From the IMG/VR virus record IMGVR_UViG_3300027573_000964: a stretch of DNA of 64,000 nucleotides. The stretch is one strand, 5' to 3'. The translations under genes and the position numbers were made by a program. Shown here one piece after another: positions 44,366-53,570 of this stretch; the first letter of the stretch is position 1, and every line of letters begins with the position of its first letter. Source of the stretch: a virus. The notes beneath the pieces are model-generated. The model had not been told where the DNA came from, did not search any database, and saw only the letters and a program-made list of their open reading frames with translations.

Positions 44366-45440
44366 TTAAACCAATCATTTCTTCCAATGATTTAATTTGC
44401 ATATCAGCTACATAACGCTTAAAGTCAGGCGTCTTGCCGTATTTCATTTGAAACATAGCATCGGAAAATGATTGCGTAGTGGCCATCTTTGCGAAGTCCT
44501 TGCGCTCTTCTATGTGCTTAATGCCATCATAGAAGCCTTCCATTCTACCCAACAACCGCTCATACTTATAACGAATGTTATTATATTCATCGGTAAATTC
44601 AGGATAGTAAGAAAGGAATTCGCTTCCTTCGTTGGTACGAACTAGCTCTAACAACTTGCGCCTGCTCATCCCAACACTGTCTCGTAAGTGAGATACAGCA
44701 ACGTATTGAGGAGACTTTACTTTAACGCGGTTGTAGTTGGAATCACAAACAACATAGCCTTCGCATTCCATGGGTTCAAGCGTTTTAGCAGCTTCAACTA
44801 TTTCATCCCAAGAAGTTAGAGGGAATATTTTTACACATTCCCAGCCGTAGTGGTGAGCTTCTATTACAGGATTTAATTCTTTGAAGTCGGACAAACGACG
44901 AGCACCATGCAATACTATACGATCTTCTAAGTGACGAACCACTACACGATTCTTGGCAGTCATCATCTCGAACATATAGCAAACATTAGTATCGGTAGGA
45001 AGTTTGTATCCTAACTTTTTCCAAACTTGCCAGAACAACTGAGAGAAAGTTATATCATAACCATTCACTTCACCAGCCGCATCGGGCAATCCAGAAGAAG
45101 AAACTTGCCAAGCGCCGTCATAAAAATACAACGTCATTAGCGAGCCATCTAATTTTTCATATACGCGCGCAGAAGACCAATCTATATCGTCAGCGTGTCC
45201 TTCGCCATAGTTAAAAAACTTGGAATAAGGAAATGAAACAACCTTCCAGCCTTGCGCCTCATCGAGTATTAAACCACGGCATTGCTGAACAACTTTAACA
45301 CCCATAGGAGAGTTAATTTGGTCATACTTCAATAACACAAGGTTATTATACTTACCGTGACGCTTCGCAGCTATCTCAAACTTGTCGCATAACTTATCAA
45401 GTCCGTGCGCCTTTATATAATCTACTACCTCTAAGTTCAT
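44313..45440 (-). CDS. rnlA: RNA ligase 1 (T4 RnlA/gp63-like)
   Basis: 375 aa; QCRGLIL...KFFNYGE...VYEKLDGSLMTLYFYDGAW aligns to T4 Rnl1 ECRGIMF...KFFNLNE...ILTKEDGSLVSTYLDGDE; EGYVVCDSNYNRVKVKS vs EGYVAVMKDGSHFKIKS. Confidence 0.85.
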   Translation of the reverse strand: MNLEVVDYIKAHGLDKLCDKFEIAAKRHGKYNNLVLLKYDQINSPMGVKVVQQCRGLILDEAQGWKVVSFPYSKFFNYGEGHADDIDWSSARVYEKLDGSLMTLYFYDGAWQVSSSGLPDAAGEVNGYDITFSQLFWQVWKKLGYKLPTDTNVCYMFEMMTAKNRVVVRHLEDRIVLHGARRLSDFKELNPVIEAHHYGWECVKIFPLTSWDEIVEAAKTLEPMECEGYVVCDSNYNRVKVKSPQYVAVSHLRDSVGMSRRKLLELVRTNEGSEFLSYYPEFTDEYNNIRYKYERLLGRMEGFYDGIKHIEERKDFAKMATTQSFSDAMFQMKYGKTPDFKRYVADMQIKSLEEMIGLNEPEVELGEPREDNTGS

Positions 45441-45645
45441 CCCACATTCCCTTACGAATATAAATATTAAGAAAAGATTTCATTTCTTCTTCATCAGGAT
45501 CTAAAATGTCCGTATATTTATTTAGTATTCTTTTCATATCAATTAAAGGCCGCTCTAATCCTATTTCATTAGTTAGCGCAGTAAGATATAAATCTTTATG
45601 TAATTGATTCATCTTGAAGTCGAGCGGCTTCTTCTCTAATAGCAT
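45397..45645 (-). CDS. hypothetical protein
   Basis: 82 aa ORF. Confidence 0.4.
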   Translation of the reverse strand: MLLEKKPLDFKMNQLHKDLYLTALTNEIGLERPLIDMKRILNKYTDILDPDEEEMKSFLNIYIRKGMWDELRGSRLYKGART

Positions 45646-46012
45646 GTGTCATTGTAGCTTGCATGGCTTCTAACATAACCTTGCTATCTAACTGGTCTCT
45701 TAAAACTACCTTACCCTGTTCATCACTAAAGGTTAAATATACCTTGCCCTGAAGTTCAATGCCCATACTATGTGCATTTGATTCTATTTCCGCCCGTTCA
45801 GCTTCGGTTAGCAGTTCGTTCTTAAGCCACCTAGTAAATTTTGGTGCAGCAAAACATGCAGCGCCAAGAAGAAGTCCTAGTCCTTCGGATAACTTCCCAC
45901 CAACAACGCAATATATGCATCCACCAATTAGCATCCAAACAGTTTCTTTTGGGTCATAGTCTTTCCATACCCAATTCCAAACTGCTAATGCTTTACTAAG
46001 TAACTTCTTCAT
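45596..46012 (-). CDS. hypothetical membrane protein
   Basis: 138 aa; TM segments. Confidence 0.45.
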   Translation of the reverse strand: MKKLLSKALAVWNWVWKDYDPKETVWMLIGGCIYCVVGGKLSEGLGLLLGAACFAAPKFTRWLKNELLTEAERAEIESNAHSMGIELQGKVYLTFSDEQGKVVLRDQLDSKVMLEAMQATMTHAIREEAARLQDESIT

Positions 46013-46020
46013 AAATACTC

Positions 46021-47148
46021 CTAATGAAACTCGCTGTTCTTTTTATCTAGCTTGAAGGTCTCGCTTACATATTTTAATATAACGCGACCACATCCTGGAT
46101 ATTTTCTTTCACGCTTGGGCTTTATTACTATGCCCTCACGAATGAACTTCTTTCCGTTATATTCATCAACAGCTTCGGATAATTTAGTAACAGCAATACT
46201 CCAGGGGCCTCTATAAGCAACTGATACCGTAGGCAGGTTGTGTGCCATACAGGTATAAACTACTTTGTCCCAATCCAAGTATTCTCCATCAACCATAATA
46301 TCGAATACACGAAGTTCTAATTCACCTTGAGGTATTCCATAATCATACCCAGTTTGAATACCAGGCCCAATGATTTCCCCAAAAATAGTTACTTCAGATA
46401 CACCATCAGATAACTCTTTTGTGATGTTGCGTAAATCATACTTATCAGCAACTCGCCAATAAGTATCGTTTATGTCTGTTCCTCTTTTAGACTTTTGTCT
46501 AATAGTGTTGTGAGAGCCAACAAGGGATTCCATATTAGGAACGCTAAAGCCAAAGAAAGATTTAACTTTCTCCCACCGTGTATAAGACTTTTTAGGGCGT
46601 TTGACATAGCCACACCGGAAGTTCGTTCCGTGATATTTAACGGTGGCTATGACTTCCTCGCCTTCTACGAAGTTACGAGGATACTTTTTAAAGCTTTCGA
46701 TGTCAGTATATTTCTTAAAGTTCTCGTTAGTATAGTGATGATTGATGCCCTTTGACTTAAAAGCACTCTGACCTCTTGGAGGTGGAGGCTCATATTTAGT
46801 TACGCCTAAATACTCTGTAACATCTTGGTCTTCTTTGATAAGTTCGGGCGGCAACCACGCACTGGGGGTTAAACAAAGTCCGTCAGAAAATACGCCACGA
46901 ATTTTAGTGCATCTAATACGACCCTCTTTAACTTCTATTTTTTGAGTAGTAGTTAAATAGATTCTAATATTCTCTGGAACTACACTGTTTTCTGGAATGA
47001 ATAAAGCAAGGTCGCCGCTTTTAAATTGGTCTTTGCCAACAATAGCAGCAAATCCACCTTCGCCGCCTATAGTAGCTATCTCTAACTTATCAGCGTTAGG
47101 ATGTGGAACAATCTCCACTTTTGATACTTTTACACTTACGGTACTCAT
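46021..47148 (-). CDS. Rnl2-family RNA ligase fused to N-terminal Myf/EMAP-type tRNA-binding domain
   Basis: 375 aa; N-terminus VKVSKVEIVPHPNADKL...IVGK...GDLALF...IRGVFSDGLCLT = tRNA_bind (Trbp111/CsaA-like) signature; then TVKYHGTNFRCGYV = Rnl2 motif I (KxHGxN) and EVTIFGEIIGPGIQ = motif III. Confidence 0.75.
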   Translation of the reverse strand: MSTVSVKVSKVEIVPHPNADKLEIATIGGEGGFAAIVGKDQFKSGDLALFIPENSVVPENIRIYLTTTQKIEVKEGRIRCTKIRGVFSDGLCLTPSAWLPPELIKEDQDVTEYLGVTKYEPPPPRGQSAFKSKGINHHYTNENFKKYTDIESFKKYPRNFVEGEEVIATVKYHGTNFRCGYVKRPKKSYTRWEKVKSFFGFSVPNMESLVGSHNTIRQKSKRGTDINDTYWRVADKYDLRNITKELSDGVSEVTIFGEIIGPGIQTGYDYGIPQGELELRVFDIMVDGEYLDWDKVVYTCMAHNLPTVSVAYRGPWSIAVTKLSEAVDEYNGKKFIREGIVIKPKRERKYPGCGRVILKYVSETFKLDKKNSEFH

Positions 47149-47320
47149 CTGCTAAATACTTCTCCAAAAATATCGTGAGTTCTTCTAAATAATCCACATC
47201 CATATCGTCGCCGAGCCACATGGCATCGCGTGCGTGACAGCTAAAAAATCGCATACCACACTTGCAACATTCATTGGGCCACGTTTTACGAGCTTCAGCA
47301 TATTCGGCAGGCTCAACCAC
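47096..47320 (-). CDS. hypothetical protein
   Basis: 74 aa ORF. Confidence 0.4.
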   Translation of the reverse strand: MVEPAEYAEARKTWPNECCKCGMRFFSCHARDAMWLGDDMDVDYLEELTIFLEKYLADEYRKCKSIKSGDCSTS

Positions 47321-47396
47321 ACGAAATAAATCTATTATATCTACGGGCTTTCGTTCTTGAAAGTATAATAATAGATATAGATTTCTTATATTAATA

Positions 47397-48272
47397 TCAA
47401 TATTCTTCGTCTCCCAACATTATATTATAAACATAGGACATGCTGCCTTCGTTCATATCACTATCCATTACTTTACCGGCGAGTATCTCCGAAACTATAT
47501 TATTTAACTTCATTTGAGACTTTAGATATGATGATTGAGAGCCACTACCGCACGGAGGAAATATACTTCTTCTTAAACAATTCATTCCTCTTACGAATGC
47601 CATTTGTCGCATGTGTAAAGTGGCTAAAGTTTCTACTAACTTATTGTTTTTCTTTTTAGCCTTACTTCTATTTTCTTCTACAAACGAACTTATGATATGG
47701 TCGTATTGACGAACTTCAAATCCACCAAGTCTAACTGGTATCTCATACTTGAATAAATCAGCCATTAATTTAGTCTCTCGGTCTAATTTATCCCCATATT
47801 TTTCTACGAGTTTTTGTATATCTGGGGTTTCATCTAATACAGCCGTCTTTATCTTTAGGGTAGATGCTGCTCTATCGTAGTCTTCTTCTCTAGCAAATTG
47901 TTCAACTACCAAATCAAATGCCTTCTTATGGGCCATAACATAACCCACAGGAGACTCTTCAAGTTTAGGATTGCCTACTTTTAATTCTCCTTCATGTGCG
48001 GCCGAAAGAAAATCCCCAAAGTCTTTTATTTTAGTAGCATGAAGGATAATTTTTACTGGAATGCTATGCTCATCATAATCTTCTATGGCGCCATAGTCGT
48101 TATACGCACCATCAATTGGGAAGGTAAGAGGATACGCCGCATCAGTAGCATACACAAGTCCGGTATAATTCCTGTCATTAAATTTATTAAAAGCCAACGG
48201 AATTAAAACAGTGGGCTCGCCAGCCACCAACGGAAGGTTGGTTATTACACAAGTTCCATTAAAACAACCCAT
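47397..48272 (-). CDS. hypothetical protein
   Basis: 291 aa ORF. Confidence 0.55.
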   Translation of the reverse strand: MGCFNGTCVITNLPLVAGEPTVLIPLAFNKFNDRNYTGLVYATDAAYPLTFPIDGAYNDYGAIEDYDEHSIPVKIILHATKIKDFGDFLSAAHEGELKVGNPKLEESPVGYVMAHKKAFDLVVEQFAREEDYDRAASTLKIKTAVLDETPDIQKLVEKYGDKLDRETKLMADLFKYEIPVRLGGFEVRQYDHIISSFVEENRSKAKKKNNKLVETLATLHMRQMAFVRGMNCLRRSIFPPCGSGSQSSYLKSQMKLNNIVSEILAGKVMDSDMNEGSMSYVYNIMLGDEEY

Positions 48273-48290
48273 TATCTATCCCTCTTCGTT

Positions 48291-48369
48291 TGGAGGCTGA
48301 GGTAGGATTCGAACCCACATAATCGGGCTTTGCAGGCCCGCGCTTGAAAACCAGTTCAGCCACTCAGCC
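48291..48369 (-). tRNA. tRNA-Cys(GCA)
   Basis: RC GGCTGAGTGGCTGAACTGGTTTTCAAGCG-CGGGC-CTGCAAA-GCCCG...GTGGGTTCGAATCCTAC-CTCAGCC-T-CCA; U73 discriminator. Confidence 0.8.
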
Positions 48370-48370
48370 G

Positions 48371-48949
48371 TTAATCGCCACCACCACCACCACCACCGGA
48401 ATCACCGCCTCCACCACTGTCATATCCGCCGCCGCCAGAATCATAGCTACCACCGTAGCTGCTTCCGCCATCGTATGAACTGCCGCCATAGCTACCACCA
48501 CTATCGTGTGAGCTGCTACTTCCAGTATCACAGCTGCTGCTATCACTGAGGCTTGGAGTACAGCTTTCTGGGGCTGGAGTTGTCTCAGTTGGTTGAGCTG
48601 GTTGATTCATAGAGTCCATTATGACAGCCGCAGCAAGGAAGGATGCGGAGTCATCAGAAGTGGTATCACTTGTTCTACTTGGCTGTGCATTAGTTTTAGC
48701 GGCCACAACAGAACTCGGACTTCTCGTGGATACTGGAGTTTGTCTCGTAGTGGAAGCGGAAGATTTGGTTATATTCCGTCCGGCTAAATCACCGCCGACC
48801 TTATTGCCAATTTGACGATAAGTGGTATCTTCATCGTCGTAGTCATCGTCCATATAATTAACTCTACGACTGGTTTTACCTCCGCTCAATACCATAACTG
48901 CAAATAAGCCTACAACAATTATACCACAAAATAGAAGCACTACCATCAT
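48371..48949 (-). CDS. single-pass membrane protein with Ser/Thr-rich linker and Gly/Ser/Tyr/Asp-rich repetitive C-terminal tail
   Basis: 192 aa; N-terminal TM helix, then low-complexity repeats GGSYGGSSYDGGSSYGGSYDSGGGGYD. Confidence 0.55.
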   Translation of the reverse strand: MMVVLLFCGIIVVGLFAVMVLSGGKTSRRVNYMDDDYDDEDTTYRQIGNKVGGDLAGRNITKSSASTTRQTPVSTRSPSSVVAAKTNAQPSRTSDTTSDDSASFLAAAVIMDSMNQPAQPTETTPAPESCTPSLSDSSSCDTGSSSSHDSGGSYGGSSYDGGSSYGGSYDSGGGGYDSGGGGDSGGGGGGGD

Positions 48950-48963
48950 TTTATAATTCCTTT

Positions 48964-49116
48964 TTATTCTTGTAATAAGAGTTTGAGTGTTGATTTAATT
49001 TGATTATTAGACAACACGTGATGTTCATCATCACCATAAGTATCTTGATGATACTCTTGAACAGCCTTCTTAATCTAATCAAGAAGCTTCTTATCTGTTA
49101 AGTTATTCTTCTTCAT
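48964..49116 (-). CDS. small ORF with in-frame TAG at codon 14 (13 aa to TAG; 50 aa if TAG is decoded)
   Basis: ATG AAG AAG AAT AAC TTA ACA GAT AAG AAG CTT CTT GAT TAG ATT AAG ... CAA GAA TAA; 36 stop-free codons follow the TAG in frame and fill the otherwise empty intergenic gap. Confidence 0.3.
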
Positions 49117-50044
49117 TTAATTCTTTCGGGGCCAATTTTCTAAACTCGGTCATCATGCTATTATATACTGGCTGATATTTATCTTTATAATACTGCCAGT
49201 TATTCTCAGGATTTTCTACTATTTCTCTCCAATAGTTATTTGCGGCAGAATAATCACTTATCCTACCGTCTCTGGCTATTTGGATTCCAAAGTTAATTAT
49301 CCTTAAAGAATGAAATAAGCTCTTCTTACCTATATAGGGATTGAAATCTTTTTCAACTGTTAATTTCTTTTTCGCTTTAACAAAACTATTGGAAGCCTTT
49401 TCGGATATAGAGCGACGAAGAATATCTTTCCTGAATATATAATCATTGAAATTAATACTACTATATAATATATTCTTTGTTGGAAGAAATGCACATTCTA
49501 AAGCATCTATCTCGTGCAAAGCTATTCGACTTAAAAACTCTACCAGATTATAAATATTTATATTAACTGGTAGGTTTATTTCACTTTGTTCAACTTTAAT
49601 TTCCTTATTAGGAATTGGTTCATCAACCACTAATATATAATCAAAGTCGGACTGTTCAGTGGCACATCCATACACTTGAGAGCCATATTGGTATAAGCCA
49701 AATATTTTTCTATCATCTATGCCTTCGCTATTAAGTATTTTGATAAGCGTAGATAAGGTAGGCTCTGAACTATACATATCTATAAATGGCGCTGTCCTAT
49801 TTATAAGCTTTGTTTGCCAGTAATTAGTCACATCGAATGTTTTGCTATATAGGGAATAGAAATGGGCATTCCATATATGTGATATACTACCGGGTTGATT
49901 CGCTAACAAGTATTCCCAATAGAAATTTCTAAAGTTAATTTTAGGATGAGCGTCTTGTAGAAGTCTGATTAAGTATGAGACCTTAACAGAATCTTGTAAT
50001 TCTTTATCTAAATCCATTTGGAACCAACACTTGAAGCGGCTCAC
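49103..50044 (-). CDS. Pol-beta superfamily nucleotidyltransferase (function unknown)
   Basis: 313 aa; YGSQVYGCATEQSDFDYILVVD NTase motif. Confidence 0.5.
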   Translation of the reverse strand: MSRFKCWFQMDLDKELQDSVKVSYLIRLLQDAHPKINFRNFYWEYLLANQPGSISHIWNAHFYSLYSKTFDVTNYWQTKLINRTAPFIDMYSSEPTLSTLIKILNSEGIDDRKIFGLYQYGSQVYGCATEQSDFDYILVVDEPIPNKEIKVEQSEINLPVNINIYNLVEFLSRIALHEIDALECAFLPTKNILYSSINFNDYIFRKDILRRSISEKASNSFVKAKKKLTVEKDFNPYIGKKSLFHSLRIINFGIQIARDGRISDYSAANNYWREIVENPENNWQYYKDKYQPVYNSMMTEFRKLAPKELNEEE

Positions 50045-50888
50045 CCAAATATATTTTAACTTCCGAGCCTCTATTAAATGGTCGTTCTTCCCATGAGTCT
50101 ATGCTTATGTGCCCATCATTGTCGTTTAGTGAATAGACCTTTATCTCTTCGCCTTCTTCTAACCAACCGCTATGTGGTGAACTTCTAGCACCTTGGCTAT
50201 ATGCTTCTGTAGTAAGGAATGAGGCAACCTTATCCTTAGGTTCCCAAGTAGAAGTTACTCCATCGCTGAGAGCTGATTTATACCAGCCAGTAGAACCCGC
50301 GCCAGTTGCCACTATTAGACCAGAACATTTTTGTTCTATTTCTTGTCCCTTATATACCAGCACATGACGAGACATATATTTACGCAAACGCTCACCAAGA
50401 AAATACTCACTGGTAGCTGGAGTAAGTTTTGCTCCATCCAAAGTTGCTTCTAATCTAGCCCAGCTCTCTATATTAAAATCGTTGAAGTCTAATGCTTCAA
50501 CCAAATCATATACATCTTGCTCGGTCTTGATAGCGCATCTTGTTAAACATCCAGAGCTTCTATCTGGGTCCGAATTAATACCAAGTATGGGCGTAGAATG
50601 AACGAAGTGACTTGCGTAGGTGAAGGAATTATCTCCACCTAATATAATAATCAAGTCGTATAAATTAACCGCAACTTTAGGAACATCCTCTAACATGACT
50701 ATGTTGCACTGAAAAGCGGATGTGAATAGTTTCCTAACCGCCAACTGCTTTTCGTGACTCTTTAATATAGCCTCAACATTAGCCCGCTCTTTAGAATACT
50801 TGGCTAATATTTGGTCTTGGCTTTGACCAGAGCATTTCATCTCCCATTCGAGCTTGGAATACTTGGCTACTATTAAAGCGTTCATCAT
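50004..50888 (-). CDS. NAD kinase-like protein (PpnK / DAGK_cat fold)
   Basis: 294 aa; ILGGDNSF (GGDG-like) and IVATGAGSTGWYKSA (cf. NadK ATPTGSTAYSLSAGGP). Confidence 0.45.
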   Translation of the reverse strand: MMNALIVAKYSKLEWEMKCSGQSQDQILAKYSKERANVEAILKSHEKQLAVRKLFTSAFQCNIVMLEDVPKVAVNLYDLIIILGGDNSFTYASHFVHSTPILGINSDPDRSSGCLTRCAIKTEQDVYDLVEALDFNDFNIESWARLEATLDGAKLTPATSEYFLGERLRKYMSRHVLVYKGQEIEQKCSGLIVATGAGSTGWYKSALSDGVTSTWEPKDKVASFLTTEAYSQGARSSPHSGWLEEGEEIKVYSLNDNDGHISIDSWEERPFNRGSEVKIYLGEPLQVLVPNGFR

Positions 50889-50889
50889 A

Positions 50890-51246
50890 TTATAAGTCGT
50901 CTGCCGTTACCGTATCGTTTATCTTTTTCTTGTCGAACTTCTTCTTGAGACGCAAGTATTCTCGAAGCTCATGCTCTTCTAAGTTCTTGCTCTTTGCCTC
51001 TTCCTTCGAAACACGTTCGGTTATCTCTGTCTGGTTTTCCTTGCGGACACCATACAAGAATAGGGAAGTAACCCCTAAAGCAGTTTCAATCCCGAACTCC
51101 AGGCGGTCGAATGCTTTGTGAGCATTCTTAAACCTAAGCTCCTCTAGCTTTTCTAAGAACACCTTGGACTCAACCTGAGTTCCTAGCCTCACTATCTCTT
51201 CGATTTTCTCAGAGACATCTTGAGGGTCTTTATTAACCTCTGCCAT
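50890..51246 (-). CDS. hypothetical protein
   Basis: 118 aa. Confidence 0.5.
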   Translation of the reverse strand: MAEVNKDPQDVSEKIEEIVRLGTQVESKVFLEKLEELRFKNAHKAFDRLEFGIETALGVTSLFLYGVRKENQTEITERVSKEEAKSKNLEEHELREYLRLKKKFDKKKINDTVTADDL

Positions 51247-51248
51247 GA

Positions 51249-52091
51249 CTATTTCGTCCTCCGTTTAAAACTCTTAACATAGTTCTCTGCGTCTTTTTCA
51301 GCTGCTTTTGAGTGTTCTAATTGAAACTCAATCAACCTCTTGCGTATTTTATTGCTTTCATAATCATTACAATCTGTTAGTTCTTTAATTCTATCATCAG
51401 ATACTAATGGCTGCAATGCCTGAATGGCCTTTGGGTTCATATCTAGTATCAATTGTATCATACTCATATGATATGTAAAATCGAAACTGTCAAATATGTT
51501 CCTATCCTTGCCAGAGGCATCGGCCATACTAACCAATATAGCATACTTCCAGTCGTCACCAAGATGTCTAATGAACTTACCTATGGTCTTGCGCGAAGAC
51601 GGACACTTCTCGTTAGTAGGAACATAGCTAGGATTAACCATCCTAGCACCGTCAATGAGCAGCTTCACTCTGTTAATTTCTCTTTCAGTTACATCAGAGA
51701 AACTCTTTAGAATATACTCAGCTGCCTTCAAACTATACTCTTCGTGACCAATATAAGTGGTTCTAGTCCTACCACCAACAGTTTTCTTGCCATGAACTTT
51801 GGTATTTAGCTTACCCAAATCATGGAATAAGATAGCACAATTCATAGCGAAACGGTCTTGGCTGCTAGTGTCTGGAAAGTATTTAGAATAGATTTTTTGT
51901 AGATTGCCAAGTGCCTCAAGTGAATGCTCAAACACATTCAGCTTGTGCCAAGGCGTATTCTGATCCATCTCCCAAGCCAAATAGCCTTCTGGAAACTTGA
52001 ATATATTATACAGTTGATTCTGTTCTTTGAGTGCCAATACGCTACTAACTGGGTCCTGGCTGGTCATAAGAGTTCTAATAGTCTCGGTCAT
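51249..52091 (-). CDS. HD-domain phosphohydrolase
   Basis: 280 aa; WHKLNVFEHSLE ... AILFHDLGK (HD motif, CCA-enzyme-HD-like). Confidence 0.6.
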   Translation of the reverse strand: MTETIRTLMTSQDPVSSVLALKEQNQLYNIFKFPEGYLAWEMDQNTPWHKLNVFEHSLEALGNLQKIYSKYFPDTSSQDRFAMNCAILFHDLGKLNTKVHGKKTVGGRTRTTYIGHEEYSLKAAEYILKSFSDVTEREINRVKLLIDGARMVNPSYVPTNEKCPSSRKTIGKFIRHLGDDWKYAILVSMADASGKDRNIFDSFDFTYHMSMIQLILDMNPKAIQALQPLVSDDRIKELTDCNDYESNKIRKRLIEFQLEHSKAAEKDAENYVKSFKRRTK

Positions 52092-52410
52092 GATATATCT
52101 CTACTGTCTGTTCTGGGCAAGTGAAGCTCCAGTACTTATTGTAAGCCTCTTCATACATCTTTTTCCATCTGTCTAGCACATCTGGCCCGTCGCATTTTTC
52201 GCACACTAGAGCATTACTCATACCCCATTTTTTGCCGAATATGTCTGTAAATGTACTGTTATCTGAAAAGACAAAACGCCAGTAGTCATTCAACTCAAAC
52301 TTATGGCCACACATATAACATCTAAAATGTGAATTATCTCTTTGTCCAGACCATTTCATTTTCAAGTCTTGTTCAGTAACTCGTCTTGGTTTTTGGTCGG
52401 TAAAGCTCAT
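52075..52410 (-). CDS. hypothetical zinc-binding protein
   Basis: 111 aa; CYMCGH...CEKCDG. Confidence 0.45.
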   Translation of the reverse strand: MSFTDQKPRRVTEQDLKMKWSGQRDNSHFRCYMCGHKFELNDYWRFVFSDNSTFTDIFGKKWGMSNALVCEKCDGPDVLDRWKKMYEEAYNKYWSFTCPEQTVEIYHDRDY

Positions 52411-52601
52411 TTACGTCTTTCTAAATAGGCCAATCTAGTAAGCAAAAGAAATAACAAAGTAAATCCCATAACTAATCGTGTGACTATGTTAATGTTACCG
52501 CCGATAAATAAAACAGCCATAGCACTTATAAAGTATAAGAACCTTTTTGGTTCTGGCAGTCTATCGAACCAGCGATAGAGTTTATATACTATTTCTAACA
52601 T
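52407..52601 (-). CDS. hypothetical membrane protein
   Basis: 64 aa; hydrophobic. Confidence 0.4.
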   Translation of the reverse strand: MLEIVYKLYRWFDRLPEPKRFLYFISAMAVLFIGGNINIVTRLVMGFTLLFLLLTRLAYLERRK

Positions 52602-52956
52602 GGTCTAGAAAATCTAATACCTGTTGTTGTGTTCTTCTTGCGGCGTCGTTAAAAGTCCAAAGGCATTGGAAATCATTTTTACTTGGTAGGCAACCTTCTG
52701 CATATTTACTAGCAGCATAATATACCGACTTGTCCCGCTTACCGAAAAGATTTCTAGCTGAGCGTTCAAGAGCACCGTCTAAACAAAAGTGAGTTGCCTT
52801 CTTACTTTCAATATCAACAAATCCACCATTTGCTGATTTGGCAAAACTCTTTTGGCACCAGCCCTTAACTAAAAGTTTATAGGCCCCATCATAAACTTTC
52901 TTCCAATTTTTCTGATATAATTCTGGGCTTATCTTTGTTTTCTTCTTCGTAGTCAT
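52582..52956 (-). CDS. hypothetical protein
   Basis: 124 aa. Confidence 0.5.
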   Translation of the reverse strand: MTTKKKTKISPELYQKNWKKVYDGAYKLLVKGWCQKSFAKSANGGFVDIESKKATHFCLDGALERSARNLFGKRDKSVYYAASKYAEGCLPSKNDFQCLWTFNDAARRTQQQVLDFLDHVRNSI

Positions 52957-53192
52957 AACTTCATCTTTCTATATTAAACTCGTCTTTCATAAACAAGTCA
53001 AATGGAATAACAAATTGCTTTGGTCTTTTATCGCCTTCGTGTATATGCCAAGTATTACTATCGGCACTTACAAAGTCTTTCCTAATTGTACTGCACCCAC
53101 AATACACCGCACGGCCCATCATAACCCAGACCTTTTTACTTGGTGGTCGTATTATATAATGTTCGTATAGTGCCTTGACTATATCTTTATAA

Positions 53193-53570
53193 TCAGATTT
53201 CGTATAAATGGTCTAATCCCAACGCATCTAAAATCTCACAACAATCTCTAATGCTAAAGTAATCCATTATGTCGGCGTAGAACAACATCTCTTTTATCTG
53301 CTCATCCGTTATGGTATGTGAAGACAATATCATGTAGAAGTGTTCGCCATTATAAGTTATACGAAGTTCTTTCTCAAGTCGAGTGATACCAAATTTCTGA
53401 CGGGTGGGTTCCCTTTCGGAGGTCTTTTGTCCACTCGGCGGTATAGGCAAATGAAATATTTGACCAGAAGGAGCTTTGCCATCCTTCATCGTTGCAGATA
53501 ACTCGGAAGTCGTATCCTTCTCCGTCTGCTGCGAAGAGTCCTGCTGAACCGCGGCCGGTGTTGATGGCAT
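53193..53570 (-). CDS. hypothetical protein (true start uncertain; may start at internal Met or be joined to upstream ORF by frameshift)
   Basis: 125 aa. Confidence 0.35.
   Translation of the reverse strand: MPSTPAAVQQDSSQQTEKDTTSELSATMKDGKAPSGQIFHLPIPPSGQKTSEREPTRQKFGITRLEKELRITYNGEHFYMILSSHTITDEQIKEMLFYADIMDYFSIRDCCEILDALGLDHLYEI

Noticed and set aside
48400-48560. Direct repeats (GGT/GGA/TCC runs) that might suggest a repeat array or CRISPR-like array
   Set aside because: They are codon repeats encoding the Gly/Ser-rich tail of ORF 48371..48949. There are no spacer-repeat units and no cas genes.
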